Counted from the whole stretch's first letter, positions 22,967 to 36,222 are shown. The stretch is 63,835 nt of DNA, filler included, from Rhabdomonas costata (GCA_019059605.1; 49 parts of 49 records of this genome joined end to end with filler, not necessarily neighbours in it), one strand, 5' to 3'. Made by a program: numbers and translations. Notes: generated by a model not told the origin, from the sequence alone.

Positions 22967-23391
22967 ATGGCACAGGGCGGGGTCAGTGAGGTGCAGCGCA
23001 TTCTGAAGGCGAAGAACTTCTTTGAGGTTCTGGAGCTCAGCCTGCCTGAGGTCACCACAGAGGATGTCCGGAAGGCCCACAAACGGGTCCGCCTTTTTTT
23101 TGGATGTGCACTTCCCGCCCGATTTTTCGGAATTTCTTTCTCTGTGCCTCAATGTGCTCTGGTGGGTCCATGGACCCACCCAATTTCTGGCCGACCCTTA
23201 CCTGTACCATTGACCCGCGTATAACAGGTGAACACTTTTCATTCCTTGTCCCCTTGCCTGTCCCCGCTTTATGTGCTTCTCCCACGCCCCACACTTCTTC
23301 CTTCTTTCTTCTTGCTTTCCTCCTTCCTTCTTCCCACAGCTCGTGCTCAAGGTGCACCCTGACAAGTGCAGCGAGCCTGGGGCAGAGGAGG
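22967..23391 (+). CDS. J-domain (DnaJ/Hsp40) protein, first two exons (22967-23086 and 23340 to the contig end)
   Basis: RILKAKNFFEVLEL...EDVRKAHKR splices to LVLKVHPDKCSEPGAEE. The HPD motif is intact and a polypyrimidine tract precedes the acceptor. Confidence 0.92.
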
Positions 23392-24278
23392 NNNNNNNNN
23401 NNNNNNNNNNNNNNNNNNNNNNNNNNNNNNNNNNNTTAATTAATTAANNNNNNNNNNNNNNNNNNNNNNNNNNNNNNNNNNNNNNNNNNNNGGGTGGTGG
23501 GTGTGGGAATAGCCAAGTTCAGAAAAAGTCCGTTGAATCGCCGTGTTGAGTTCTTCCTCCTGCCCTTTTTGTATTCTCTCTACCTTTCGCGGTATTTCGA
23601 AGGGTTGGCAAGCATACACAAGCGTGGTGAATTGCGGTTATCAATGACATGTGTGTACGTGTTGGTGACCCCCCCCGTCTTCCCTTTCATGCCACGCACA
23701 CGCACGCACGCGTGCTCAGCCTCTGGCTTGGTGGTTGTTTTCCGAACTTCTCAGATGGCTCCGCTCAGGCGAACGTTTGTTGGGAAGAATGCCATCTTCG
23801 AACTCATCACGGTCTTCGTTGACAAGATCGACGTCGTATGTGCAACTCTCTCACTTGAAGCGATCACGACTCACGTCTCGCTTGACCAAACCCGCAACTC
23901 GAGTCCCGTGCCTTCTCCAACGAATCATCATGGCCACCCACCCCATCGCTCCTATGCCCCTCACGGCTCGCCAGATTTGTCAAGTAAAAGCCGAAGGGCG
24001 GCGTTGTGTTTTGTTTGGTAAAAAAGGGTGAAAGGTCCCAAAAGGTTCAAAAAGGTGCAAGTATTTTTTTTTTTGCGATTCAGAGCAAATTCTGTTCCAA
24101 GATAAGTAGAGTTCAATCTTCAGCTTTCGTACTCTTTGCGCGGCATGCCTGCGAGATGTATAACTGTTGGCTTTTCTGCATTCGCTCTGTGTCTGTCCCC
24201 TCCTGCCCACCATCCCTCTTAAAGCACACTGCCCGCCTCCGCACCCTAGGCTAAGGCGCAATCCTCGTTGTCTTCCAG

Positions 24279-24420
24279 GATCGCCAGGAATTTCGGAGGT
24301 TGCTACGGCTCCTGAAGGTCCTGCAGCAAACCTCGGGGCACCCAGGGTTTGTACCTCTGGTGGACGTGCGGTTCCAGGACAACTCCAAGAACAACACCTT
24401 TGAAGTCATCACATTCCACG
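24279..24420 (+). CDS. Protein-kinase-like exon (subdomains III-V)
   Basis: EFRRLLRLLKVLQQTSGHPGFVPLVDVRF resembles the alphaC-HPxxVxLxD region. It is bounded by ccag and gtgtgt. Confidence 0.45.
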
Positions 24421-25228
24421 GTGTGTGGGATTGTAAGAAGGTGAGGGGGGTGGAGGTGAGAGGGAGGATGGAGGCGGCATTTTTCCTTTCCCAGTGTGGG
24501 AATGGTAGGATGACTCCCTGTGCCCTTCGCGCACCCTTCCGACCTGATCCACCAGCATTGCTTGTGCCTGTATTTTGCACGCAATGTTGCATGTGTTTTT
24601 CGGACTGGATCGTCTTGTGTACCCGGTTCTATGGAGCACTTTGCAATCACGCACTGCACACAAGAGAACTGTAGTTATCCTTTGCCCCCCCCACNNNNNN
24701 NNNNNNNNNNNNNNNNNNNNNNNNNNNNNNNNNNNNNNTTAATTAATTAANNNNNNNNNNNNNNNNNNNNNNNNNNNNNNNNNNNNNNNNNNNNGTGTTG
24801 GGTGTGGTTGGGGTGGGTGGGTGCGCGGGTGAGGGCTTGGCGTTAGGTGAATAAGGCACCAAAGACGCTGGAGGTTATGAAGCCTTGGGTAAGGATGAAT
24901 CTGCACGAGGGGGGAGACAGTGTGGCGTAATTTACTGTGTGTGTGCTCGCTGGATGTGTTTTGAGAGGGTTGGTAAAGATATGGTGAACGGCGATGGTCA
25001 TGTGAGAGTGCATCACCCGATCGTCTGGATACACAAGGAGCCTCCAACGAGGAGTGCTTCGGCTTCGTACTAATCTCACCCGAGCGTTGAGGGCAGAAGC
25101 CAGGCGCTGTCTCCCGAGCGAGCATGCCCGAAAAGAATCCATCACATGCACACACACATGCACTCACTCATACATTCTTACACAACCATGACAGACATGG
25201 ACATCTGGGTGGTTTTCCTGTCGCCTAG

Positions 25229-25963
25229 GAGCGCTTGGCGCCCTGCGTGCTTCTCGCCGATGGGGTCTCGCATGCGATGGGGCTCGACAGCCTGCCCTCG
25301 ATGCAGTACCTGTACTACCTCACTCGCCTGGGGCTGGCGATGAGCCCCCTGAGCTCCGCCAACGCCCGGGAGGCAGGTTTGTCCTGTACTATGGTTGGAA
25401 TGCTTGGGGGCGAAGGGCTATCGCACGACGTGGAAGTGAGCAACTATAAATTGATGTCGAACAAAAGTCGAGAGCAGAAGCAGAGTGCGGTGCTGAGGTC
25501 TAAAGAAATTGCCTCTGCTGCTGCTATCTGTGTTGTGGATTTTTGAGAGACTCTTTCCTATTCATCAAAGCGGTGCAACTTATCAAGCTTCAAAAACAAC
25601 ATTAACCTTCAACACTTGCCCTCACCTAAGCACCAGCCCAACATCGGCGTATGATGTTTTGCTTGGCCCTACTCCAGCTTTCGATGGCCGGGAGGTCAGC
25701 AAGCGGTAATGCACGAACTACTCTTGGATCGTTCTTTTTTTCCCTGATCAATCTCCTTCTGCGTCTGCTGCTGTCAGTAGGATCATGTATTTCCATTTCA
25801 TGGCTTTCTAAGCTTTAAAATTGATCATCATGGGGCTCTGTCGTCCCTCTCAGGGGAGTACTCCAAGCACCCCTTCCCAGTGTTCCTGCGCCGCGGGCTG
25901 AACGTCACGCTCAGCACGGACGTCCCGCTGGCCCTGCACCTCACTCAGGAGGCCCTTCTGGAA
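25229..25963 (+). CDS. AMP deaminase-like protein, divergent at the active site (exons 25229-25376 and 25854-25963)
   Basis: LLADGVSHAMGLDSLPSMQYLYYLTRLGLAMSPLS...EYSKHPFPVFLRRGLNVTLSTDVPLALHLTQEALLE aligns to the AMPD QYLYYL..IGIAMSPLSNN...GLNVSLSTDDPL region. Confidence 0.9.
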
Positions 25964-28701
25964 GTATACCCACTACACCCACGCAACCACACANNNNNNN
26001 NNNNNNNNNNNNNNNNNNNNNNNNNNNNNNNNNNNNNTTAATTAATTAANNNNNNNNNNNNNNNNNNNNNNNNNNNNNNNNNNNNNNNNNNNNTTTGGGT
26101 GGGGTGGGGGGATTTAAACCACGGCATCGGCAGAACGAGAAGGATGCTCGACGCCACTAGGTGCTCAAGTTGTGCTGCTTGCACAACGGAAAGTTGCAAG
26201 AAGGGTGAGGGAGATTATTTTAGTGAAAGAAGGATTTGCATCGCTGACGTAGTACTGAATACCGGTACAACTCTAACCTGCAACAAGGGAGGCAGGTTCG
26301 AAGGTTGTTCTGAATAGCTTCCCAAGAGTCCCTTCACAAATCATCATATTTCCTATGGGTGGTAATGTCATCCTAGCCCCTTAAATCAAAGAAAAGTATC
26401 TAGAGAGCACTCTTCAATTTTTCATGCCACTTTACACTTCAGAATGAATTATGAAAGTCGTGCTTGCCTATTTTATGTCTAGATGGGGAGGTGAAACAGT
26501 GCCCCAGTGCCCGGGTGATTGTCAGGGTAAAAGAACCTTTGCTTTTTGGGACAACATTTCAGACGTTTTTGTTTTTTACTTTTCCCTTCGCGATGACCAA
26601 CTGCATATCGCTGCCCCGCACTCCGAATGTCGACACGAGCCCTGGGGGTATGCGTGAACGCTCAGGAATCTCACCTTCAAGTAAAATTATCGCGTACGGG
26701 CATCATGCACCCCTCCCCTGTGAAGTGTGCGACACGCCCTGAATGCATCAGCACCTTCGGTCTGTAAAATACTGCATTATAAATGGGGAGGGGGTACCTA
26801 AAATGCATTTGATAGGGGGGGGGGTCCCATAACTCCCCAGCGCCAGTGTAATTTGTGGCCTCGCCACCCCATTGGTCTCCGTGTACACACAATATGCTTA
26901 TTTTTCCATCAAGTTCGCCTAAACCATGTCTTGGCCCCTACATTTGGTCCTTTTTTTACATGAAAAAGTGGAGCGGTGCCCTTGTGCGGTAGCTGTGCAA
27001 AACATACGGGTACCCCTTCCCATCCAGTGAGTGGTTTTGAGCTTGGGAAGAATTGACCCGGAAGCAAGTCCGACTAGTTAGGGAACTAACCGTTCCATAA
27101 GTCTTCCTGTCATTTATCTTGTACCCGTGCATCCGGGACCACACGTTTGTCAGCGAAACAAAGGTATGTCCTGGTCACGCCGTTCACATTGCCGTTGCCA
27201 GAATGTTTGAATCCTCTTGCATGTCATTGAAGTATCTCGGAATGATCCCTTGGGGTTTCGCCTCGCACAGTTCCCCCACCCCAACCAAACAACCCAACNN
27301 NNNNNNNNNNNNNNNNNNNNNNNNNNNNNNNNNNNNNNNNNNTTAATTAATTAANNNNNNNNNNNNNNNNNNNNNNNNNNNNNNNNNNNNNNNNNNNNGT
27401 GGGTTGTGTGTGTTGTGTTTGTATGATTTCTCTTAATTTTGCAAAGGGTGAACGAACTGGTGGAGTGGTGGAGAGTCCTTCGCGCCTTCTTATGCATTGC
27501 ACAGGGGAGAATTCCAAGCTCCGTGGAGTCCTCACCATCTAGGTATGCTTTTATTTGCCTGCGGTTCGTGCGTGGGTATTTTGCTTAAGGTTGTGAGGGC
27601 AGCGAACGTGCTGTGAGCATTTGCGTTTTTATCTGCGTTTTTGCAGGCCTTTTGAAAGCTTCGCTCCGAAGGCCTCGCTTCCATCCGCTGGATTCGGCAT
27701 GTGTCTTCCACCCAGACCTTTTTTCTGCAGAGCAAAGCGTAGCGTGGCTGAGAGCTGTGTGGCTGTGTCATCAATCCGATGTTTTAAACAGTCCTTCGTG
27801 CGGCAGAGGTCCTGCTGATTCTTCGGTTCTCAACCACAGGGTCAGATTTGGAGGCCTGAGGGGCTCGAATGGTATCTTGTGGTTCAAAAAGCAGGCTTTC
27901 TTTTCTTGGGCACAGGTGTCTCACCTTCAAGCAGTGTTTCCCAGCCTCCTGTTCCCGAGGTGTGATTTCCCCGCTGTTGTCCACTTCCTGATATGGCAAG
28001 ATGACGGCTCTAGTGCATTTATGCCCCCCCCTCCCCGTTATGGTGAGCTGTGAAGCTGTGAAGTGTTTTTTTTGGTCCCCTTTCTGACTTTGCAGGGGGT
28101 TAGGAGGTGATGCACGTTTTCCCTGGGAATGAAACATTCAGTGCATATACACTTCAAACAACGCGCAAAAAACGCATCATTGCGTCGAGGGCACAACGAG
28201 CAGGAAGGGCGTCTTGCATCACACGCTCTACATCCTGCCAGTCCAGACTGCCTTGTGTTTCATCTCCCATCCCATCGCTGTTCAGCCCTGTAAGTAGCTC
28301 AAGGAAAAGGAATCTCAGGGGAACGTGGATTATTCTCAGGTGATTGGGCTCATCCCGAGCTGCTGCACGTGCCTTTGCGGGAAAAAATCCTCAGCGTTCC
28401 ACCACAGTATAATTTTTGCGACGCGATCGCTACGCAACACATTAATTGTGATTCAACCTTTGCACGCATCCACTATTCTTGAACAGGGAACGTTTTACTC
28501 AAGGCATGAATAGCCCAAGGTGAACAACGTATGTGGGGGCATATTCCGCGCACACCAACGAACGACGAGCGACGAACGGGTCACCCCCCCACCCAACCAC
28601 ANNNNNNNNNNNNNNNNNNNNNNNNNNNNNNNNNNNNNNNNNNNNTTAATTAATTAANNNNNNNNNNNNNNNNNNNNNNNNNNNNNNNNNNNNNNNNNNN
28701 N

Positions 28702-29834
28702 GTTTGTTTGTGTAGCAGAACTGGGTCTCGTAGCAGAACAGGTTGTTCCCGTATGTGCCCCAAGAAGCGTGGTTGTTGCCATAGGTGAAGAGAGTTTGAG
28801 GACCCAGGATCATGGAGGCCGGCATGAGGGGGTACTCATCACTGAAGTCCAGCACCTCGGCGGCCCACAGCGCCGTCCTGTTCATTGCCGGAACCAGGGA
28901 GGTCACTGCCCGCCCGTTGTGGTACAGGGTGCCCTTGGTGGGCAGGCTGTCCAGCACCACGGTGACCATGTCCTACGAGAGCAAATAGGGTTTGTCATAC
29001 TTTCCGTGAGCAGACCACGACTTGCTCCCGGGTATCGAATTCGTCCGACTCCCTCCCCATTTTGGCCCGCAGACCGAATGGTAATAGAGAATACCATTTT
29101 GCGAACACATCTGATCATCTCATTAACTTAGCAACTGTACAACTGTGCAACTGTAGGTGCATAGCACGTCGACATTTTCGTTGGGAATGCTGCGTCTTAA
29201 CCTTTCCCTGCCTTTCCCACATGTAATCTGCAGGACAATGCAAGGGTGGAGACATTTGACCTCAAAAATACAACACAAGCATACCCCATTCGGGTCGCTC
29301 GCGTTGATCTGCAGCACAGCCCCAGAGGAGTCCTCCAGCACCGTGGCACGGGCCGGAGCCCCAAGTTCGGGCAGGCTGTTCGTGTAAGTAACGTCCACGG
29401 AAACTGTGCCCACCGCTGTGGGGAAGCTCAGGTTCGCAGGGTGGATAGGCTGCTCCAGCACCCCGTACTGGAAGGTGGTGTATCCCAGGACCCACCCACA
29501 ACCTGAGCTCTGGAACATTATCTCGCAGCCGGGGCTGGTGACCACCGTCCCAGGGCTAAGAATGGGCGAGCCGTCAGTGGACTGAAACAGGGAACCTAAG
29601 ACCAAGTGCCATGCGAAGAAAGGCGGGGTGCAAGGTTGTGGGGAATAAAGACGAGAAGAGAATCAGGAGGGGGCAAAGCGTACCCTGTGCGGGAAGCTTG
29701 ACAACTACACAGTACAAGAAGTCCCCGTCAACGTCCTCGTGGGGTAAAATTAACGAAAGCGACTTGTGGGAGGAGGCCGTCACACGGGTGTCCACAGCCG
29801 TCGGCGGCGTATTCCGTCGCAAGAAGAGTCGGCC
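28702..29834 (-). CDS. Extracellular-type protein with tandem cadherin-like/bacterial Ig-like repeats and a following beta-sandwich domain (exons 29834-29684, 29595-29285, 28972 to the contig end)
   Basis: There are two repeats of N..P.......L...D.(D/N)GD.+..V+..LP..G(S/T)L, then WAAEVLDFSDEY...ASMILGP..LFTYG...SW. GT-AG phases restore both repeat motifs. Confidence 0.75.
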
Positions 29835-30125
29835 CTATTAAGGATGCAATACACCGGTAAGGAGAGGCAGCAAAAATTCACGACCAAAAAAGGCATCAGA
29901 AAAGGTNNNNNNNNNNNNNNNNNNNNNNNNNNNNNNNNNNNNNNNNNNNNTTAATTAATTAANNNNNNNNNNNNNNNNNNNNNNNNNNNNNNNNNNNNNN
30001 NNNNNNGTGGGGGGGGGTAACTGAGATCGTGTTAGCACCTTATTTATCACCTCGCTCAGAAACTAAGCAGCGGAGGGTAGAGGGTGTGCGTATGTGGTGA
30101 CAGTACGGAGCGCGGAGCCCACATA

Positions 30126-30728
30126 CGGGATAGCGCGGAGATCAGCTCCCGTATCGCCAGCTGCTGCTCCTTACGAAGCTCGGGGATCTGCAGCACGAGC
30201 TCCACAGAGCTTCGCACTGTGCGCAGCCGTGTTTATATGCGCGCGTCAGAGCTAACGGTAAAAGTTTGCCAACGAGTAGCCACCGAAAAGAATCTATCCA
30301 GGGACCAAAAACGAAAGAAGCGCACCTTTGCCATCCAGAGGACGACTTTGCGAGGCCTGAGAAGAAAATTCCGCGGTGGTACCGAGAAAAAATCCACGTG
30401 ACCTGGCAACGGGTTCAAGTGGAAAATATTCGGAATGTATGTGTGTGTGGATATCTAAACATAACACATCTAAGAGCGTATCGATGGGCCGAAGGTTAGA
30501 GGAGTGAGAAACACCCTCTTAACCAGAAGATCGGCAAGGATTGAGTAAAGTCCCTCGCAATACTCACCTTAGCGGCTGGCAAAGGCGCAGAGAAATCTGC
30601 ATAGACACGCGGAGGGGGCCGGCACCAAAAACAAACCTGCAGCCGCGCCTCGGCGACCCGCAGGCGCTCGCGAAGCTTGAAGAACTCGTCATCGCGGATT
30701 CGCAGAATCGCCTCCACATCGGCGTTGC
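30126..30728 (-). CDS. Coiled-coil protein, three exons including a 31-nt micro-exon (30356-30326)
   Basis: NADVEAILRIRDDEFFKLRERLRVAEARLQ / ASQSRPLDGK / VRSSVELVLQIPELRKEQQLAIRELISAL join with compatible GT-AG phases. Confidence 0.6.
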
Positions 30729-31826
30729 TTTTGGGGAGGCGAGCAGTATCGGAAAACAACACCCCATGACTAACCTTGGAACTGACCCTAAAGCTGCCTT
30801 TAAGAGGGAATGGCTTTGGGGAAAAAGTTTATGCGCAAGCATGCAGGTACGGCAAATGGCAGCGGGGTCCCCTTAAGGGTTTTACCTGCCTGAGACTAGG
30901 TGTGGTGAACGATCGAACAATCGAACGATGTCCGCGGATGCCGAGCCACGCCCGTTGAGGAGGCAGCCGAATCGCGAATCGCGAATCGGTAAGGAAAGGC
31001 GAGTCCGGTCCGCCGTATATCGGTTGGTTGTTCGGTGTAGTTCATTTAGTTCACGTGATGCTTGCAAGTCTCCTCCAATTCCTGTCTTATAGATGATGGG
31101 TAGGTGCGGTGATGGGATCGGGATGGGTCGTAAGGGTGTTAAGTGGGTGGGATTGGTGGAGGTAGAAACAACAGCACCACTCACTTAACACCCTTACGAC
31201 CCACCCAAACCNNNNNNNNNNNNNNNNNNNNNNNNNNNNNNNNNNNNNNNNNNNNTTAATTAATTAANNNNNNNNNNNNNNNNNNNNNNNNNNNNNNNNN
31301 NNNNNNNNNNNGGGGTTGGTTTTGGGGTTGAGGTGCAGAGCATTAAACCGTACTGCACCATTCTGTGATGAGGCACGCGGTGTCGTAGAGAGTTGAGACG
31401 TCACCGGGCGAGTGCGAAAGGCCCAAGGTCGGGGGTGGGGGGTTGGGAGGGGCAAGTGTTTCCATCGGTAACAGAAAGCTGACTTTGAGTTCATTAACTT
31501 GATAGGGGTGAGGAAAAACGTGCCAGCTCGGAAGTACTCTATGTTTCATCAGGGGTTAGAGGTACGCAACACTGTTACAGTGCTCCCTAGATGGCGTTTT
31601 GTCATAGCACCTGAAAAGTACGCTTACAGGTACTTGCCTTTGGCCAGGATTCGGGCGGACCAAGGAACAGGTTTCGTTTAGGGATGATGGCCAGCCACGC
31701 GGGGGCTGGAAACAAGGCTTGTCATGCAGTGGATGGTATTTTTGGTGAATGACAGAAACGAGGTTGCTGATGATCATTCTGCGCTGAGGGCCGCGACTAC
31801 CCGGCGTGTGGCTTTCTCCCTCGCAG

Positions 31827-32113
31827 ATGTTCACCCGACAGGCCACCGTGGAGTGCATCTGCCCGTCTCCTGCTCCTCCCGCTCACATTGGGCCCCCCGC
31901 GGGGCAGCCCAGCCTGGGAGGGATTCTCAAGGCGACGCGCGGGGGGCTGGCGGCGCACACCCTGACCCCCAACGGGGCGTTGAGCAAGGCCGGGATCCGC
32001 CTGGGCGATATCCTGATGCAGTGGGGCGACACCAAACTGACCTCACCCCAGGTCATTACGCAGAAGCTGGCACAGACTAGGATCGGCACGGACCAGCGCT
32101 TCCTCGTGGACAG
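31827..32113 (+). CDS. PDZ-domain exon
   Basis: LGGILKATRGGLAAHTLTPNGALSKAGIRLGDILMQWGDTKLTS...LAQTRIG fits the PDZ P.G.A..AG++.GD.I pattern. It is bounded by gcag and gtggcc. Confidence 0.75.
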
Positions 32114-35100
32114 GTGGCCACGGGTGATGGGGGGTTGAAAGGGGGTATAGTAATCCGAACTTGGTGGGGGTGAATCGTGAAAGGTCAAATGTTGCGGCGC
32201 CACATCATTGGCGAGTCGATCGGACCACTTTGAAATAATAGTTGTTTTTTTACGTGCCGTACGTGCTCTCCAGTGTACAGGCTTTAAGACGCCTATCCTC
32301 ATTCCCTTCGCAACTGCCGCACTCGTAGGATGGCGATGCTTCCGCATCAACTTTCGAAAGCTGTCTTCCTTCGTGTTGACCGTTTCTCTTTCTGCCATTC
32401 CGGATTCGCGTTCCCCGATTCCAGGGCCCGCATATTGGACCTTCTGTTTCCAAGAACTTTCCGAGCCTAGTATCCTCTCCCTGTACGGTGGCCCTCATCA
32501 CACATCCCCCCCCCCCNNNNNNNNNNNNNNNNNNNNNNNNNNNNNNNNNNNNNNNNNNNNTTAATTAATTAANNNNNNNNNNNNNNNNNNNNNNNNNNNN
32601 NNNNNNNNNNNNNNNNGGTTTGTTGTCTGTCAAGTCTAATCATTGAAGGGGTCCATCGACTTCACTTCCGCCTTTGCTTCGATGGACCCCTTCAATGATT
32701 AGACTTGACAGACAGAAACCACGGGCCTTCACTCCATCGCAGTATGCAAGCAACCGCCGCTCTCGTACCGTTCCGGACGGCACCGGAGCATCCGGAGCAT
32801 GTTCCTTTGTAACGAGAAGGGCCGAGCTAGAGCTCCTTCGAAATCTTCTTCGTGTTCCGTGTTACCTTTTGTTTTCTGTCTTCTTCACTTGTATTGTATT
32901 CTTGCGCTGTGCAGCATTCCCTTTCGCGGTTTCTCCTACCCTGGAACCTTGTCTTGCTGCTGTTCCCTCTGTCATCGAACTTCGTTGGCAGCCGGTGTTG
33001 TGGGGCTCAAGACTTTCTGAAGCCGCTTTTTTCATGTTTTGTATTTGCTTTTGTGGGATTTTTTTTTTGGAAAAGTCCGATGTTCTACTCGCGTACCCAC
33101 GAGCACGTGGGGTGCTTTTGGGAGTTAAAGATTTACGCCAGTATCCGTTAGTTCGTCTACTACAGAAGTTCTGAAATCTTCTGAAACCAACTGATCTTGT
33201 TGCATCTGACTCCACTTCCTTGGGAGGTTCGGTGAGTCCCTCCCTTTTTTCAGTGCCTTCTCAATATTATATGTCCCTTCTGTTCCGTTGCTTTCCAAAT
33301 TGCTGAAGATGTGGTGAACCATGGGGTGGAAAGTCGGTGGAAAGTAGCCGAAAGTTGCTTCCCTATTCCAAGTCAAAATGCTGGCGAACATGGAGCAATT
33401 TGCCAGCCTTTAGACAAACTCCGTTGGCCTTGGTGCGGCCACGATTTGGACGGCTGCATCCTGGGGTCCGACGGTTTCAATGCTCTGCTCCGTCTCTGGT
33501 AGCTAAATTGCTTTGGTCTCACAATCAGGCTTTTTCAGACGAAAAACAAAGCATACGGTGGAAAGCGGATTTCTACAGAAGATGGATTTTGCTTTTTTTT
33601 TTTCGCGTTTTCTTCGAATTGTTTATACTGCGTCCTATCTCTTTCGAAACGACTTGAGCGGTAGTTAACCTGAATACTACCCAAGTGCATGCGGCGCGCT
33701 AGTGGCACCCTAGTGTGGAGCTGTTGCATAGCCTGCGAGCTGAAACGTAGGGTGGTGGTGCCTCACACCCTCCCCCTTTTCAGCTCGCAGGCTATGCAAC
33801 ACCACCACACCAAACACACCCNNNNNNNNNNNNNNNNNNNNNNNNNNNNNNNNNNNNNNNNNNNNTTAATTAATTAANNNNNNNNNNNNNNNNNNNNNNN
33901 NNNNNNNNNNNNNNNNNNNNNGTTTTTGGTTGCTGGGATGCCCGTGAACCAGTCCAAATGCAAATTGCGGAGACCCAATCGTTTCTACAAGAATACAATT
34001 CTACTCAACCGCTGCTGGTCCACGGCACGGTCGTGCGAGGAACACCTTTTGAAAGCAGAGAAGCACAGACAGGAACAGGAAGAAGCAGAGCGGGAAGAGC
34101 TCCTACTCACCACCAGGAGGGTTAGGAAAAACAAACAAAAAAGGAAAGAAAAGAAAAGAAGAAGTTTTCGGCGACAGCACGGTTCTGAAGGATGACTGGT
34201 CCCGAAGCATTTGAGCCCCAAACAATACCACAGGACGGGTATTGTGATGGCAATGATACGGTAATGTCCGGCCTGCTGGGAACCCGATCGGCTTGCCTTC
34301 TCTAGTGGCGGTCTATGCGAATGATCTATCCTTCAAACGATCGGTTGCCCGTAGTGGTTCTAGTTTCGGTGGTTCTTTCCCCGTCTTTCCCTCTATTGTT
34401 GGGTTCGGTTCAACAGAGGACATGCCATCTCAATTAGTCAAAGGAATTTCATCCCCATCCTCGGCTCGGGACTCCGGCCAGCCAGGTCCAATCTTTCAAG
34501 GAGGTGCGTTCGATCTGCCGCACGGGGGCGCTTTGCGCAACGTTCTATTTTTTCCCGCCGCAGGCGCCGCGTTTACTACGAGAGCATCCGCAGGACCACG
34601 AAGCGGGAAGCTGAAGAACCCCAGAGGCAGCCCAAGCAAACAGGCAGCAGAAGCAGCAACTGAAGTAGACTCCGAAACCCTTTACCACCACGAACATTGG
34701 AGTTTGGGTGCCTTAACCCATCCTTTTTTTTAATGTAAACCATCCGTGTGGAAATGCAACCAAAGGATATTTGATAGTCTGTGCCTCGGCTTTCTGATTA
34801 AATGTAAGTCGATCTGCCCGTGCGGGGCATCAAAGAAAACACTTTCCTCCAATCCTCGGCTGTCTACTGGCCCGCTCAATACACCCGGGCCACGACTGTG
34901 CGCCAGAGCGTGTTTTTCGAAATGTCCTATTTTCTTTGAGCTTACCTAAATGCCCACAGCCAATGCCAGAAAACACTCGGACTTCGCTTTCTGGCATTTT
35001 GTGCTTGCCGCTTTTCATTTCGCTTTTCGAACTGGATATTTGGTCTGCAGGGACATTGTCGTGATGTTTCCTACGCTTCAATGGACAGGCTCGATCCCAA

Positions 35101-35334
35101 AGAATACGTCTGCAACCCGAGAGAAANNNNNNNNNNNNNNNNNNNNNNNNNNNNNNNNNNNNNNNNNNNNTTAATTAATTAANNNNNNNNNNNNNNNNNN
35201 NNNNNNNNNNNNNNNNNNNNNNNNNNGTTTTTGTGTCACCAACATTATCCACCCTGGTGTGTCTCTTAATACTCTGAACCCTATCATACATTCCCCATGA
35301 CATTCTATGTTCACGCGCCTCCATTTCGCTGTAC

Positions 35335-36222
35335 CTTCTCAACCCCAACGGCCTGCGAAGGTCTCCTCGCCGGACGCTGACCTCCGGGGTCCGCACCCGA
35401 AGGCAGCGACCTCTCTCCTGGGGTTCCTCGGCCACCGCGTCCGCCCCTCTGTCGCTGCGACGGGATAGTAAGGGCTGCTGCCTTCGCACCCCCTTCCTCT
35501 TCCGCGTAGCTTGCGTACCGGCAAATGCCCGGAGATAAGCGCGGCTTCCCTTGTTGCAATACAGCAGCCTGCATTTGCAGCCTTTGGCTTCGCGCACTAG
35601 CTCGTAAATCCTGCGGTGAGGTAGGAGGTACCAGGGGACCTAAAATTCGACCGACATCAACACATCAACACGCGTCAGCACGCCTGTTAACGACAGTGTC
35701 CCACAAACACCCTTTTCAAAGCGGTGGGTATTTTCGAGTCTTCACTAAAACACTAAAACGCAGGCGGAAGAGACCAACGCGAAAGCAAGGGGTCCAGGAA
35801 ATTGCTACTGGCAGTTGAAGATGGCGGAACAATGGGTTCAGAAAACTTGATTGGAAAAGCGATCGAAAGGGTTGAGAACAAGAAAACTATCGTGATCCAG
35901 GAAGAATACCCTTGTCCCCCAGAGAGGCTCATCAGCAAAATGCATCCCACCACCGCTCCGTGCCTCCGGCTCCGTTTATTCAAACCAGTTGGCTTAAGCC
36001 CTCACCAGCTTCTCAACCGCCTGTCAACCTCCCATCGCGCGAGTGCACCTGAATCTGCGCGTTGGCGCGGTTAAGCTCCACCCGGGCCTGCTGGATGCGG
36101 GCGTCCGCGCTGGCCATGCCGCAAGCCAGCTCCGCCCTCACTTTGTCATAGCGGGAGACTTCCACTACCGCGGGCTCCCGCCGCTTCCTCAGCCTGTCCA
36201 GCTCCTCCTCCAGCTCAGCAGC
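35335..36222 (-). CDS. Coiled-coil protein, two exons (36222-36049 and 35610-35335)
   Basis: AAELEEELDRLRKRR...ARIQQARVELNRANAQIQ is followed by DLRASARSQRLQMQAAVLQQ. Both exons are whole-codon lengths with cag / gt ends. Confidence 0.6.

Noticed and set aside
26094-28601. Two contigs searched for genes or RNAs
   Set aside because: No convincing coding or structural signal was found. They are probably intronic or intergenic.
30905-30990. Short tandem units (GAATCGC x3; similar TCGGTAGT x3 near 5641 and CTGGTTGA x3 near 10727)
   Set aside because: They are two to three copies of 7-8-mers without spacers, consistent with ordinary slippage repeats.
32624-32714. 36-bp stem-loop resembling a pre-miRNA
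   Set aside because: It is contig-terminal with a G/T tail, the same pattern as the other fold-backs.
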